The notes: generated by a model not told the origin, from the letters alone. Positions 1 to 13,213 are shown, counted from the first letter of the stretch. The stretch: 64,000 nt of DNA from Haplodiscus bocki (GCA_965655095.1 OZ296654.1:47182001-47246000); one strand, 5' to 3'. Translations and numbers: made by a program.

Positions 1-429
1 GAAGATAAAGAACACACACTGAAGATCCTGATCTGAGTGAAACTATGATCAGTTACAATACAGAAACTTTTAGAAATACGACGCAAGCTGCTAACCAAAC
101 TTTTGTTCGAAAAACTAGAATTTCGACAATTACCTGGCACACTACCTCAAAGTCAGAAAAAACTACATTCTAATTATGATCTTTTAGGACGCTATTGCTT
201 TTTCACTCGATGGTTTTTAAAAAAACGCCCGATTATAACACGGAATTTCTTTTATTCGTATGGCGATTCTCCAGAAGAAGAAGAAGAAGAAGAAGAAATG
301 GAACAAGCCAAAAACAAGAACAAGAACAAGCAGAAGAGAGAGGCAAAATTTCCAGGTCGGAAGTACAATGTTAACAGTGAACATCAGTGAAACTTTGAGA
401 TACGCAAAATTACAGTAAAAAAATGACAT

Positions 430-1031
430 GAAAAGTGCAGGGACGGTTTAGTTTAAAGATTTGACGAGACTTTTTGATTTCGGGCAAACATATGAAGAAT
501 TTTGGAAAGAAACTAAAAATGAGTCCAAGTCAAAAATACCCCAACGCATAAGTTCATAAGTTCAATTTTGGGTCTAGGTGCCAGTGTGTAGAAGTTACAC
601 AAAATCGAAGCTGAACCTCGGAAAACTTGCGCCAACGGGATACCAATGAAATAATCGCCTGAACATAACTGATTCGTGACGATCCCGCAAGAAAACTAAT
701 ACTACTGATAACAAACGTTCAGTAAACTCTGTTAATTCTTCTACACTTTTACACAAGTAAGAAAGGCTAAAAAAGTTCAGTTGGCTAATTTTTTGTACGA
801 AAAAAGTCGCACTCAGTAGAGCATGCGACTGTGGTGCGAACAGTTCTAGGTACAAGACCAGACCACTGCGTCCCTTTTGGTCAAAATCTACGAACTTGCG
901 TCAGTTGCGAACGGATCGGGAAAAAAACGAGACGGTGTTATAGCACTTGTATGCCCAAGTGTAACGACTGTAGCACCCCACTACACTGCCTAGGCATCAA
1001 AAAATGGGGAAACGAGCACCATATCAGTTGA
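430..1031 (+). pseudogene. decayed piggyBac-like transposase remnant with C-terminal cysteine-rich domain
   Basis: ORF 831-1031 has H...RTCVSC...GKKTRR...CxxC..PLHC spacing typical of the piggyBac C-terminal Cys-rich domain; upstream frames are broken. Confidence 0.45.
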
Positions 1032-1169
1032 AAAACACCTGAAAAGATGTAAAAGTCGGTCAGAAAAATTATTTAAAGTCTAAACGGTCTTCAAGTGTAG
1101 AAAAGACGGCAATAAAGACCAACGCTGGTTTTTATCTCCTCTCCATAAAAAAACGGTGGATAAAGCATA

Positions 1170-3000
1170 GTGCTTATTGATGACAGTTCAAAAGATTCGG
1201 AACAACACAAGCAACAAGTAACAGTTTCAATCAAGATGATTTGAACCCACCAGCGCTAAACATCGCAATACAGAAATTTATGGAACATGTAGAAAAAGTT
1301 GACAATTTTGATAAGCTCTGATAAATTGATATCTATTTGTTGCTTCAAAATTAAATCAGATGTAATTGTAAGTTCATATCAACAACGGAATTATCAGAGT
1401 ACAAATTGTGATCGTTCAGTTTTGATTCAGTGCTGATAGTATACCCTAGCGACAGAACTTTGCAGTTGAGTGGTTAGAAATCACGTTTTTCTGTTAACAC
1501 AGAAAATATGAATGATGTAGACTTCTTGGATTGAGCCAGATAGTGAAGTAGATAAAAAAATTAGGTCGTCATCTCATAAGAGAACCTTGTCTTTTGATAG
1601 AAAAACAAAAATTTTCTTCATGACATCACTGAACGTCAGAGGAAAAAGAGCACTCCCAGAGGAATAACGAGTTGACAAAAGTTTCAGTTAAAAATTGCTG
1701 ACTCAAGCGAACACATTCGCGTCTGTTTTCAAATCAGGACCTTAAAATATAAATCAAGTTTCCATCCACCCAAATACTTCCAATTTTCTCGCAAAATGTC
1801 GTGGACCACCGAATCAAACAACTTTTTCACTTCGAAGTGAAGGGGAGGGAAGGAAAGTTGCAATTCCTTCTGGGAAAAGAATCCAAAAAGGTAGCAAATC
1901 ACTTGGAAAAATATACTTCTCGATTTCTTCAAACCATATCAGAATCGTTTTGTTGCAGAAGAAGTTTTGGGTAAATCAAGTCGAAGACAATATGAACAAG
2001 TTTTGGTGATATTTTTGGCAAAATCGTTATTGCGCAATAGTTTGGAATGTCACTTGGGAATTTGACTGGTGCAAAAGGGACAACATAAAATAGCTTCTAA
2101 ATTTCTTGCCAAACAGCTCGTTTGTAAATCCATGCAATCCTTTCCAGAAATACTGGATCCAACTGAAGAGCTCTTTGATATAAAACAAAGCAGATATTTT
2201 TGTCAGAGCCCTAAGACAAGGAATATTTGCAAGATCTTAGTTGTGGAATAATAGAGTTCAATGAAACTGGTACATCGCTCGAAAAGAGATTTGCCGAATT
2301 GACGCCGCCAGCTGATGAGATATATTCGATTTTGAAAAAGACCGTAAGAAAGAATTCGTTAAACAAGTTCGCTTTTGTTGAATTGCAAGCAGGTTCTTGT
2401 TTCCCAAAGGACTTGGACGCAAGGAATTTTTTAGTGGTATGTAAACTCCGAAATCTTTCGAGGCAGATCGTAGAATCAGTTTTTTTCAAGCTTCTGAATT
2501 CGTGAACACTTCTCAAACTCAATAGGTTGCTATGATTTTCGTTAATCAGTTTATCTCGATGCACAAAAAATTGTCAAGTTCTTTAGTAGTTTTCTTCAAT
2601 TAACTTCTTTCTGGGTGATTCAATGCAATCTATGAGAGGAGTAAATGATGGGAAATCGAAAACGACGGGACCGTTTGCGAATAGGACAATAAATCTTTGC
2701 AAAGCTTTGGTTGGAAAATGATATTGGCTCAGAAAATTCAAGGAAAGAGTAGCGATTATCGAGATTTGAATGAAACACCATTGAGTTGACACTTAATTTG
2801 GAGTAAGTTTACTGAGTCTCGTATAAAAAGCTCAATGCATCTAAAAAAACAAATTTAGTGTGTTAAAAGGAATGGAGATGAAGTTGTCGAACACTTTTCA
2901 CTCCTACAAACAGAGCTAGATATGATAGAACCGAATAATTGTTTGGCTTCTACCAAACTGGATTTTGCCACTATTTTCACTGACTTTTGTGATGCGAAGA
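1170..3000. mobile_element. decayed non-LTR (LINE, CR1/L2/Jockey-like) ORF2 fragments
   Basis: Minus ORF 2211-2564 contains KANLFNEFFLTVF, matching the linker motif that precedes LINE RT domains; no long ORF remains and boundaries are approximate. Confidence 0.5.
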
Positions 3001-3203
3001 TGTCGGTATATGATAGCTTCCGTTTTGGACCAGAAAAAAAAGCATTCCAAAGTCTTTTGATTTTCTTCTGCAGAAATCTGATTTCCCAATTGGGTTAGTT
3101 TTTTTCTGCATCAGTACTAAAAAAATGAACTGGTGTTTTATTTGTAAGATATTGGCGGGACTAAGGCTTTTCTTAGGAAAATAGCGGCAGTTAACCTCAA
3201 TTT

Positions 3204-3320
3204 GCAATACAAGTTCTACGATAACGGCGCATCGGCGTTTCTGAGCAGACTAACGGCGGTATCAGCGGAATTACCGGATATATCAGAAAAATAACGGCGA
3301 ATTTCAAAAAAATGCAAACA
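3204..3320 (+). repeat. dispersed repeat, inverted copy at ~25340-25460
   Basis: ctacgataacggcgcatcggcgtttctgagcagac...aattaccgg aligns by eye with the reverse complement of 25340-25460. Confidence 0.55.
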
Positions 3321-3344
3321 AAAAAACACGTGAAAGGGCACAGA

Positions 3345-5100
3345 AGTAAAATATTAGTAACTGCAGATTGTTTCTGCAACAACCAGTGATAATAGCCTCT
3401 CCAACGCATTCTATTTTTGATTATGAGTAACTACGATCAACTCAAGGTTATCGAAGGTCAGAGCGAATCCGAACTTGAACGGTACTACGTTAAACTGAAA
3501 CGTTGTCGATTATGTCAAAAATTCAAATTAAAAATATTTCACTTACGAGATTGTTAATATTTCAAGGCAAGCTTTATTTATTAAGATGTAGTAGAATGTA
3601 GGCTGAACGTAGTTTGGAACTGTCTTTGTCTAAGAACTCTCTAGACAACAACTGAAACGTGAGTAAATTTTCAGAAAGCATCTCTTAGCAGAAAGCATCA
3701 TAAAGGCAACAAAAACGCTAAGCTGTGGAGACTTCTGTTCTGACCATAGATCCCATTTTATGGAGGATTGATGTAAAACAAAGCTCCATAAAACCAGGAA
3801 ACTACTTTACAATTTGTTTTCATTTGTAAAGTTGAAAATACGTTTCAATTTTCAAATTATGGAGATTTTCACATTTTTTACTCATCTCTCTCTGAGATTT
3901 TCTGCGGAGGATTACCTTCTGCAGTTTTTCTTCAATTACTTTTGAGCCAACTTCTGTTTTCAGTATTAATTTTTACTTCATTTCTACATATAAAATTTAG
4001 AAGTGATGAATTAGTTTTTTCAATTGTTTATCATATTGTCTATGATAAAAAATGAAATATACTCAACTTCGTTGTTCCTGCGTAGAAACTACACTTTAGC
4101 ATCCTTTTCAAGAAACAAGGTTTATAAAAAATTTTTTAATATGTGAAAGAAGACGGTGGCATGCAAAAAAACCATTAAAAAAGCCCAACATTCGGGAACT
4201 GTATACTCAAGGTCTCATTTACGATACTAGAATGGTGTGGACCCGAGGTCAACTCTAGACTCTGTATCAACGATTTACATAAGCTTGAGATCAAAAATTT
4301 TTAAAATTTTGAGTCAAAACGACTGGAAGTTATCAGAGGAAAGAGATTGAATTTCATAGTTGAAATGACTCTATGGCTGCCAGTCGGAACGAATCCAACT
4401 TTAATGTCGCAACTTTTCTGCTTTGCATCTAAAAATGTTTTTGCAGCTGGAAATTGTCTCAACTTGGCTTTAGTTGGACACTCAACACTGTCATTTTTGT
4501 CCAGATTTAGTTCACGACTTTCAGCATGAGGTTTCCATTTGTTTTCAGACTTACAACTATCAAGAGATTTTCTTTCATCTCTCATAAAAGGAGGTTTGCT
4601 GTTCTAATTTTTTGCCCATCACAGTTTGGGGGCTACTTTAAGTCCAGAGATGAGATTATTTATGGTATACGTGGGAGAATTTGTCATGAAGTTTTTTCCA
4701 TTCCACCTAAAAATTTGGGGCAAAGCGATCTCTTGAGGATGTTCTGTAAATAACTTCCACTGTTTTCCAGTAACGTAAAGTAGGAAACAGCTACAAAGTA
4801 TCAGTAACTGCTGATTTTTTTGAGTGGCAACCAATGATGAATGACCGTCCAACGCAATTTACTTTTGATTATGGTTAACAGCGATCAACTCAAGGTTATT
4901 GAAGGTCAGAAATAGTCCAAATTTGAACGGTACTATATTCAACTAAAACGTTATCAACTAAGTCGAAAATTCTAATTTAAAAATTGCACTCAATAGAGAT
5001 TGTTAATATCTCAAAGCAACCTTTATTTTGTAAGGTGTTGTGGAATCTAGGCAGAACGTGTTTCGGTACTGTCTTTGTGTAAGCATCTTTTAGATAACAG
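3345..5100 (+). repeat. diverged ~300-bp direct repeat pair (3345-3650 and 4795-5100)
   Basis: Shared blocks cgatcaactcaaggttat.gaaggtcaga, ttgaacggtacta, gagattgttaatat, actgtctttgt. Confidence 0.8.
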
Positions 5101-5299
5101 AATTTACAACAATTCTCGGGAGAATGGAAAATGAAATAAGCACAAACGCAGTGAAGTCTTCCGCTCTAATGTTAGGTCTCATTGCGGGGGCGGGGGGGGG
5201 GGGTTGAGGAGAAAAATTGGAGTAATACAAGAGGCCCAGTCACACTGCGATAGTTTCCGTCAAAGTAGCGCAATAGTGGTTGCTCGAACATACAAAAGA

Positions 5300-7700
5300 T
5301 TTCCACAAGAGAATCATTTTTTGACAAGATGTTGACAAGATTGATGTCGAGATGTTGATGGGCACCCTGCTTGAAGAATTGATTTTTGAAAATTCTGCGT
5401 TTAAAAATCGACAAAATAACAAAAGTTCATTTTTTTGCAAAATTGGCCGTCGGAATTCAATTTTAAGGAAGAAATCAGGCACTGTTTAAACTAAGATTCA
5501 TTCACAGGACCAAAACTCTTAATTCATAGTTTAAGGGAAAAATTCAAAACTGTTATTTCTGAGAACGATGTGCTTGGATATCGAAAAAAGTTCTTAGTTA
5601 CTAATAACATTTTTTGACAATTTGTGACTCCTGTCAAGGATTCGGATTTCGATGTAGGGACAAAATTCACGAATTCGAGAGTCGGATAAATCTCGTCAAG
5701 TATAATACTGTCGACGAAGACCTTGTTCAGAACAATGAATGAGGTGGTGCTGAAGAACTCTGAGGTTGGATGTTGAGATATGTCGACGCCAATAGCACAT
5801 TCTGACAATTCTTGCAACTTGAAAATCAGTGATTTTTTTAATTGGACAGTCCATCACAAGAAAAAGCCGTCAATTAAGACCTCTTTTGAAAATGGCGTAG
5901 TAATGGAGACATATAACACTCAAAATCATGATATGCTTTCGTTAGAAACGTTTTCTGAAAATTTTGCTCTGTCAACATTCCACGCCAGGAAAAGAATTAG
6001 TAGTTTTTGAGCAGAATGCTATTCTACAAATTGAAAATATTCTATTGACGCCCTAAGGGAATGAATTAAGCCTATAGTAATGGAAGAGTCTCAACTTGAG
6101 GATCGGAAAATTTGTATTTCAATTGCGACTTTGAAATTTTTGGACAATTGTGATTCCGACGCGAAACAAAGAGACCTTGACTTCATTATCGAAAAGTCTT
6201 CCTCGAGTGGAAATTTTCCGATTGATACTTCAACTGGATAAATGGCAGAAGATGTTTTCGAGATACGTGAACTTGAGTACCTGAATAGATTAATGTTAAA
6301 AGCTCACTTACAGCATTTTGGTTTGATCAGCCATCTAACGCAACAAAGACAACCAGAAAAAGTCCTTTCTAATGGTCTCTTTCAACTAAAATGTTGTCGA
6401 TCGGAACCCTGATGATGAAAGCCAATCAGGTGGTCTTGGTGAAATATGAGTGTAAATATCGAGATCTGTCGAGACTAATAACAGTTTCTTGAGTTTTCAG
6501 TTTGTAACTATTCCGATGCAAATAGCAAAAACTTCAATTCCATGCTTCACGACAACCAAGATGTTGCCAGTTGAGATGTTTTTGAAAAAATCAATCCTTT
6601 AGTAATGGAGAATTATGATTTCGAAAACTGAGATATGTAATTCATTTTCAATGACTCTCTTTCGCAAATTCGGCTATTGAGACCAAGGTGCAAGTAAGGA
6701 GAACACTGCATTTTGAGCCAGCTAGTACTTTTGATTTAGACAAATTTAATTTGATATCAATGCAGACAAATGAAGCTGGAGAAATTTTTTGGAGAAATTT
6801 GAGTTTGAACATCCAAAAAAATCACTATTAAAAAGACACTTTTAGAAGTTCCCGACTGTCAAAAAAACGCAAAAGAGAAAAATGGTTGTTCTCACGTACT
6901 AGTCCGCCTCAACTAGAAAACAGTTGAGTCAAAAATTCATGGAGGAGGCCAAATACATAGTTATTGAGAAACATTAGTTTGAAAAACCAGATATGTCAAT
7001 TTTCTTACTCTATTCCGGGTAAATTGGAATATCACTATTTAGACGCAAGGAATAGAAGTGCTAGTTTTTTCAAGTAATCATCTGAAATTTAGGTTCTGTC
7101 GAAGAACACTTCTGTGGAAGAAATCAAGATTGTTGTTTCGGAGATGATTGAGTTTGAAAATCAAGTTTTGACAGAACTAACTTGACTTTGGCATCTCCGG
7201 TCTGTCAACATTCCATGCCAGCGAAAAAATCGAGAACTTTCCAAAAGATTGATTCACCAAAAATTAAAAGCTTTTAATTGAGGCCTTCATGCAACAAATG
7301 AAGCCTTCAGTTTTAGAAATTTATGAGTTTGACTATCGAAATAAATCAGTATCAATAGCACATTTTGGCAATTTCGGACTATCAACATTCTGATGCAAGG
7401 GTCGAGGTAAATGTTTCGCAGTCAAATCCTCCTCTACAAGTGCAAAGCTTCCGATTGAGAACTTGATGGAAGAAATCAAACCTGCAATAACGGATATGAT
7501 TGAGTTTGAACATCGGAATGTGGTAATCTTATTAGTGATTTGACTTCGGAAATCAAGACTCAGATGCAGGGAACAAAATCAATACTTTTTCAATCGAATA
7601 GAGTTTTCAAGTAAACAACTGTCCAGTGAGATATAGATAAGGTAATTGAACTCAATGTATTTGGAGATAAGTTAATTTCAAGTCAACAAAAACCAATACT
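5300..7700 (+). repeat. degenerate tandem array, ~175-176 bp period, about 14 units
   Basis: tgagtttgaa-like anchor recurs near 6271, 6447, 6617, 6800, 6975, 7149, 7324, 7500 and 7675, usually followed by a (t)gatgcaa/gacgcaa-like motif. Confidence 0.7.
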
Positions 7701-8614
7701 GGTTGCTTTCATTGGCATTCTCTCAAAATTAGGATAACAGAACGACATCATGAGGACAAAAATATTTTTGAGTTGGATTACTTTCTTTGTCCAGGAGAAA
7801 CTAGACTAACGAAAAAACAGATGGCCAAGAAAACTTTCAAGTTTTTACTTTTCTGATAATGTTTTTTTTTCAAAAATACTTGATGGATCTTCTTTTAGGT
7901 TTGAAGGAAAGCTTTTCTTTCCTAATTGAAAAAGAATTTTAAATGAAAAGATCGATTTTTTTTTCATTTACTTCGGATTTTTTATAGCTTTCGAGAAAAA
8001 ATCTGACTCTTTTGAACCCTAAGTTTTATTGCAGGAACACTGTATTTTGTGTATTTTGGCATTAAAAATTAGAGTGCGTTAACGAGTTTCTGAAGGCATA
8101 AAAAAATGTGGTGGATGGATTCCTACGCACTACTTGAATAAAATAGTATATTGCGGATTTGCCACTAGCCTCGCTTCTCTCGTCTAGTAGCAAATCTGAC
8201 AATATACCCGCTCGCTCGTTCGCGTTGCTCACTCACCGGCTTCCTTCCAGTCAGCCTCTCGCTTATATTATTGCTCGGCTACACCTCGCCTTTTGTACAC
8301 TACTAAATCGTGAAAGCGTCTATATTGGATTTCTCAGAAAAGTGATTTCTCAGAAAAGACATAAACGCGTATGCATCAACAAGGCTATGAAAATTTAATT
8401 TTGTAAAAAAAATTTTTCATTTATGTATCACATGATGAGCTTTTATACATACTTTAGTATTTGTATATGAATTCATGTAAGTATACCTGGATTGTTATAT
8501 GAATACCATTGACGTAATGCGAAATGAAATGGATTTCTACGGTCATTGCAGTGTGTTTGAATATACTCACAATTATGAGCAATTCTTTTAAAGAATAATC
8601 TTTGACACATAGGT

Positions 8615-9173
8615 TTATTGTTTGAAGTGAATAATTTTACAATTTATAAAATCATTACCATATTCAACATCACCTTCGTTTTCTTCTGTAATATTATCAC
8701 CTTTTAATTCTTCCTCTTTTTTTATACAAATACTAATAATCGTTTTTCACTGTTGAGTTTTCATATTCTTGAAGAGGAATATATTTTTGATGTGACATGA
8801 AGTAAATGTTTTCTTTACCCTAAGCAAATGGAAACTTAACATCGTTAAAACCATGTTCTGAAAAATATTCTACAATTTCATCATATGTTTCAAAACTAAA
8901 TAATTTTTCTCCTACATGAACCAATTTTTTATTTTCAATTTCGAACAGAAAATTTCCATCTTTATTGTTTTCATCCGGTCCAAATACATGCAGATAATTA
9001 AAGCTCAGAAGTAATTCTATTTCATGATGTGGATTATCTCTATAAGGTGTTTTATAAATCTGAGCTTTTTTTAAATCAGCGAAAATTAAAACTATATATG
9101 TATTAAATCTATTATGTGTTAACACACAGGTTTCGGGGTTATTTAATCCTGGTGTTTCGATTTTATCATTCAT
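8615..9173 (-). pseudogene. hypothetical protein resembling a conserved giant-virus (NCLDV) hypothetical family; disrupted
   Basis: DGNFLFEI..KKLVHVGEKLFSFET.DEIVEYFSEHGFNDVKFPFA*GKENIYFM continues past the stop at 8820; family resemblance is from recall. Confidence 0.55.
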
Positions 9174-9192
9174 TTATAATACACAAAAAGTA

Positions 9193-9698
9193 TTATCTAA
9201 AATATTTATTCCACAACTCTTCATACTCTCTCCAATCTTTATCTTTGTTATACCAATACCACATTATACATTTTTCTGTGAAATCGGATTGAATCGGTAT
9301 ACAATAATTGTTTATATAGTCATCGTTGGTAACAATGTTCTTATAAAATGCTACTTCTAAAGATGAAAATGGTAATCCCAATTTTCAACGATAGCATATA
9401 TTTAAATTATCAATAGTACCATAATATCGGAAAGTTATCTTATTTATTTTTATTACTGTACACCCTTTTTTTTTCGCATTCTACACAGAAACAAGAGCAT
9501 CCCTGTTGATGTATATTTAAATATTTTATTCTTTGTTTTATTATCTTTCTCATCTAGGATTTTTACATTATATATCGTCTGACAAGAACTATATGATTGA
9601 ATATATCTATCGGAACAATCTGAACTTGCTTCAACAATTATTTCGTCAACAACTTTAATGTTTATATTATAAAAAACATATTCTTTCATGAACTCCAT
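9193..9698 (-). pseudogene. hypothetical viral protein, frameshifted
   Basis: Two adjacent minus ORFs (9453-9698, 9193-9381) separated near a poly-T run at ~9466-9474; TAAATG start. Confidence 0.5.
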
Positions 9699-10104
9699 TT
9701 AAATATTGTTATTCCGATAACAGCCAAATCTTCTATTAATAGTATCTCATTTATTATAACTAAAAATAAACATATAAAATGAACATTAAAACAAATTCAC
9801 TTGAATAATATGTCAACTTTGTTGATACCACAAAGAAACAAAATAAAAACTTATGGATAGGTACAATTATACTTGTATTTATACTGATTATACTTACAAT
9901 TATAACATTTAGATATATTCAATTATACTTGTAGTTATACTTGGGTGTACTTACAAGTATATGAAAAATTATACAATCATAGAAATGAAGTGATAGTACA
10001 ATTACAAGACTATTTATACTTAGTATGTATTCTAAAATTTTCATAATTTTAATTGTAATAATTGTATTTTTGTTTCTGTTTTTTGTCCTATTATACAATA
10101 TTAA

Positions 10105-10539
10105 ATGAATAATACCCATTCTTTAAGTGAAACAAACAAAACTGCTAATATGGATCCCAATCTGTTAACTAGGCATTATAAATTAAAAAATATGATTGAT
10201 TTCATGCATGTAAAATATCAAAATCCGAAAATGAAACAATTTGAGATAGCAAATCATTTAAACATGTCCTCTTCTACTCTACAAAGATATAGAAACGATA
10301 TAAATATGCATTCACCATACAGAACTAGCCCAAATAACGTCAAAAAAAGGTCGAAAAAGGCTGAAATCGATGATATCGGTGACCTCAAAAGACCTCAAAT
10401 GACCTCAAATGATCTCAAGACAACCTCAAACGAACCAGTTAAATTTAAGAAAAACAAATTGAAAGGTGGATCTATACAAGACAATATTGAAATTAAAGAA
10501 CACTATTTAGAAAAAATTCTTAAAATTAATAACTCTTAA
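10105..10539 (+). CDS. helix-turn-helix DNA-binding protein
   Basis: MKQFEIANHLNMSSSTLQRY fits an HTH; internal 10-bp repeats (gacctcaaat) at 10381-10435; LKGG near the C-terminus. Confidence 0.7.
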   Translation: MNNTHSLSETNKTANMDPNLLTRHYKLKNMIDFMHVKYQNPKMKQFEIANHLNMSSSTLQRYRNDINMHSPYRTSPNNVKKRSKKAEIDDIGDLKRPQMTSNDLKTTSNEPVKFKKNKLKGGSIQDNIEIKEHYLEKILKINNS

Positions 10540-10870
10540 ATGGAATTACTATGCAAATTATTTCTAACGATAAAACAGTAAGAAATGATACCATACAAGA
10601 TTTGAAAGATTTTACCTCACAAAGTCTCACAACTCAAGCAAAGAAAGGAGAACAACTCGTTAGCATGATGCCAGCTATTAAAAAAGCTTTTAATTTATTA
10701 GGTGATGATGTAGTTGAATTGTCCACCGAAAATGATGCTTTGTAAGACAAAATAGGTGACTATGATGAGAAATGGCTTCAATAATCAAAAGAAAGGTTAT
10801 TAAAAGAAATTGATAACGAAAAAAGAGCGAATTTAATTATGTCTTGGATGAAAAAACAGATGGAAAAACA
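10540..10870 (+). pseudogene. hypothetical coiled-coil protein, disrupted
   Basis: ATG at 10540, a 1-bp shift into ORF 10551-10745 and readable sequence past the stops; a homologous remnant lies at 51459. Confidence 0.6.
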
Positions 10871-11115
10871 TTTACTTTCTCATATTTGTACAAACAAAAT
10901 TTGATATAGTATAATTGCACTTATTCATATACGTATATTATTATACTTGCTTGAATAATTTAAATTATTTGTGATCGACAGTGTAATTATCAATATAGTA
11001 TTACATGAATAATATTATAATTGTACAAATAAAATTTGATATAGTATAATTGCACTTATTCATATACGAATATTAATATATAATTTATTATACTTGTACG
11101 TTTATTATTGTTTAA

Positions 11116-11568
11116 ATGGCTTATATGTCTTATAATAAATTGTGGGAATCAGAATTCGATGGTATCGTTTCTAAAAGAGATAAACTACAAGATTCAAATA
11201 TCAACCATTTAGAACTCGAAGTACAAGATACTTATAAAAAAGATGAAAAAATAACAACAAACGTCGAACCTGTTAACGATGAAGATGTTATAAACAAAGC
11301 TTATCTAGACGAGAAATTAAAAAAGATAGATGGATTTATCTCCTATATTGAAAAAGATAATAACGAGTTTAAAAAACAATATAACAAACAAACTGTAGAA
11401 GATATTTTAGTTCAAAGAGCTGTTAAAACAACGATACAAATATTATATGATAAAGCCCTATTTGATAATTATGCTAATGCTGATAAAGTTTTAGAAGATT
11501 TTCTATTTACTACAAGGAGAAGAGTTGATTTAGAGAGAATAAATGATGACATTCAATGTTTTTATTAA
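11116..11568 (+). CDS. hypothetical virion-associated protein with fibre-like PVNDEDVINKAYLD motif
   Basis: Intact 150-aa ORF with TAAATG start; homologous remnant at ~51800-52230. Confidence 0.6.
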   Translation: MAYMSYNKLWESEFDGIVSKRDKLQDSNINHLELEVQDTYKKDEKITTNVEPVNDEDVINKAYLDEKLKKIDGFISYIEKDNNEFKKQYNKQTVEDILVQRAVKTTIQILYDKALFDNYANADKVLEDFLFTTRRRVDLERINDDIQCFY

Positions 11569-11956
11569 AAAGTACAATTTAAAAAATAAAGCAACGTCAA
11601 ATATAAAAATTCAAAAAGTCCTGACTACTATTGGTTTAGACAATGTTGGAATCTACTTAAGAGACGGACCATTTCAAACTAATATTGGAATAGTCAATTT
11701 ACATCCTTTGAAAGGAACACATTGGGTTTGCTACATTAAAGAAAACTATTTTGACAGTTTTGGTGTTGTATGTCCAAAAAAATTATCTAAATTTATCATA
11801 AAACGAAATGGATATTGTTTATATTCTGAATATCAGATTCAAAAAAATGACAGTTTTTGTGGTAGTTATTGTTTATATATAATTTACTTGACAAAAGTCT
11901 TAGGAATTGATTTTAAATCCGCTGTTTTGAATTTGTATTATCAAAGACTTTATTGA
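11543..11956 (+). CDS. adenain-like (C5) cysteine maturation protease
   Basis: GTHW (His), YFDSFG (Asp), QIQ..DSFCGSYCL (oxyanion Gln, catalytic Cys). Confidence 0.9.
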   Translation: MMTFNVFIKKYNLKNKATSNIKIQKVLTTIGLDNVGIYLRDGPFQTNIGIVNLHPLKGTHWVCYIKENYFDSFGVVCPKKLSKFIIKRNGYCLYSEYQIQKNDSFCGSYCLYIIYLTKVLGIDFKSAVLNLYYQRLY

Positions 11957-11962
11957 ATATAA

Positions 11963-12166
11963 ATGACATTAAGAAAAACAACTATTGATAATAGTGTTAG
12001 ATCTGTTCCAAAAAGTGAAAAACCAAAAGAAAAAGAGACTAAACCAAAAACAACAAAAGCTGGCTCACTCCCTCGTAAACAAAACAAAAAACTATCACAA
12101 AACAATAAAAATTGGGTTGCTAGTGGATTTGGTATCCTTAAAGGAAAAATGAATTGTTACTTTTAA
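11963..12166 (+). CDS. small Lys-rich protein, candidate core/DNA-condensing protein
   Basis: Highly basic 67 aa with TAAATG start, located between the protease and capsid genes. Confidence 0.5.
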   Translation: MTLRKTTIDNSVRSVPKSEKPKEKETKPKTTKAGSLPRKQNKKLSQNNKNWVASGFGILKGKMNCYF

Positions 12167-13213
12167 TTAAAAAACATACTGATACTCTTATCGAGCAAAC
12201 AAAAACAAAGCCCCAAGAGACTCTTGAGTTTAAAATGAATAGGCAAATGCAAACTTATTCGTTTAGTCCTCCAATAAATTTGCTTGAAGAAGGTAAGTGG
12301 TTGCTAGCAGTATCTTCGTTCGAATGTACGAATTCTGTTTTTAAAATAACTAACGAGAACAATTCGTTCCCAATCATTATACCCGGCCATTACAAAACCG
12401 AATTCGCTGAAAAAGTTATTAATGATCTAAATAAATTAGAAGAACTTAGGTCTCTTGAATTACATGTAGAAGAAGTGAGAAAAAGAGGTAATTTAAAAAA
12501 AATAGAAGACAAGGAATATAAATTATCAGACTTTGATACTCAAAAAAATGAGATACTTGAAGAATTAAGAAATGTAAAATACAACGATCTTAGAGATTTA
12601 ATTTACAGAATGCAACTAACTTATAATGAAATTATAGATATATTAGATTTGGAATACATTCCTACAAAAAGAATGGGATATAGTTTAAATCCGGGTATTT
12701 TTGAAGTGGTTGATTTAAACAACACCTTAAAATATATTTTACCTCATAATGTAAAAGTAACTATTATATTTGACGATATTAGATTAAAATCAAATTTAAA
12801 AATTATTCAAACTTTAATTTTCACAGAAAAATCTTTTTTTTAATACGCTTTTAGGTTTTACTCAATCTCATTCCTATCCTTTAGATGATATAGATGGGTT
12901 TTATCAATTGATTAAGGGATCGTATAGGAGTGATAGACCAATTAGCATTACAGGGATTGATAAAATCCATTTAAAATGTGATTGTATACAAGGGTCAATC
13001 GTAAATGGTATCAGAGAACCTATTTTGTATAGTTTTGCTCTTAGCTCACCACCAGGTCATAAAATATACAAAGAACCAGAAGTAAAACTTTTTAAAAGGA
13101 TAAATAAATCTGTTCTATCTCATATCACGTTTTATCTTGAAGATGATGATCACAAACCCGTTGATTTTCATAACGAAACGGTAAGTTTTACTTGTCAACT
13201 AATTAAAATTTAA
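12142..13213 (+). pseudogene. minor capsid (penton-like) paralog 1, frameshifted
   Basis: ORFs 12154-12843 and 12908-13213 join across a poly-T slip at ~12835; C-terminus IHLKCDCIQGSIVNG.REPILYSF...VDFHNETVSF matches paralog 2. Confidence 0.75.

Noticed and set aside
103-390. Acidic 95-aa ORF
   Set aside because: Driven by a (GAA)n microsatellite; no domain evidence.
8140-8400. Exact left TIR boundary and TSD of the Polinton
   Set aside because: No inverted partner exists in the window, so neither can be verified.
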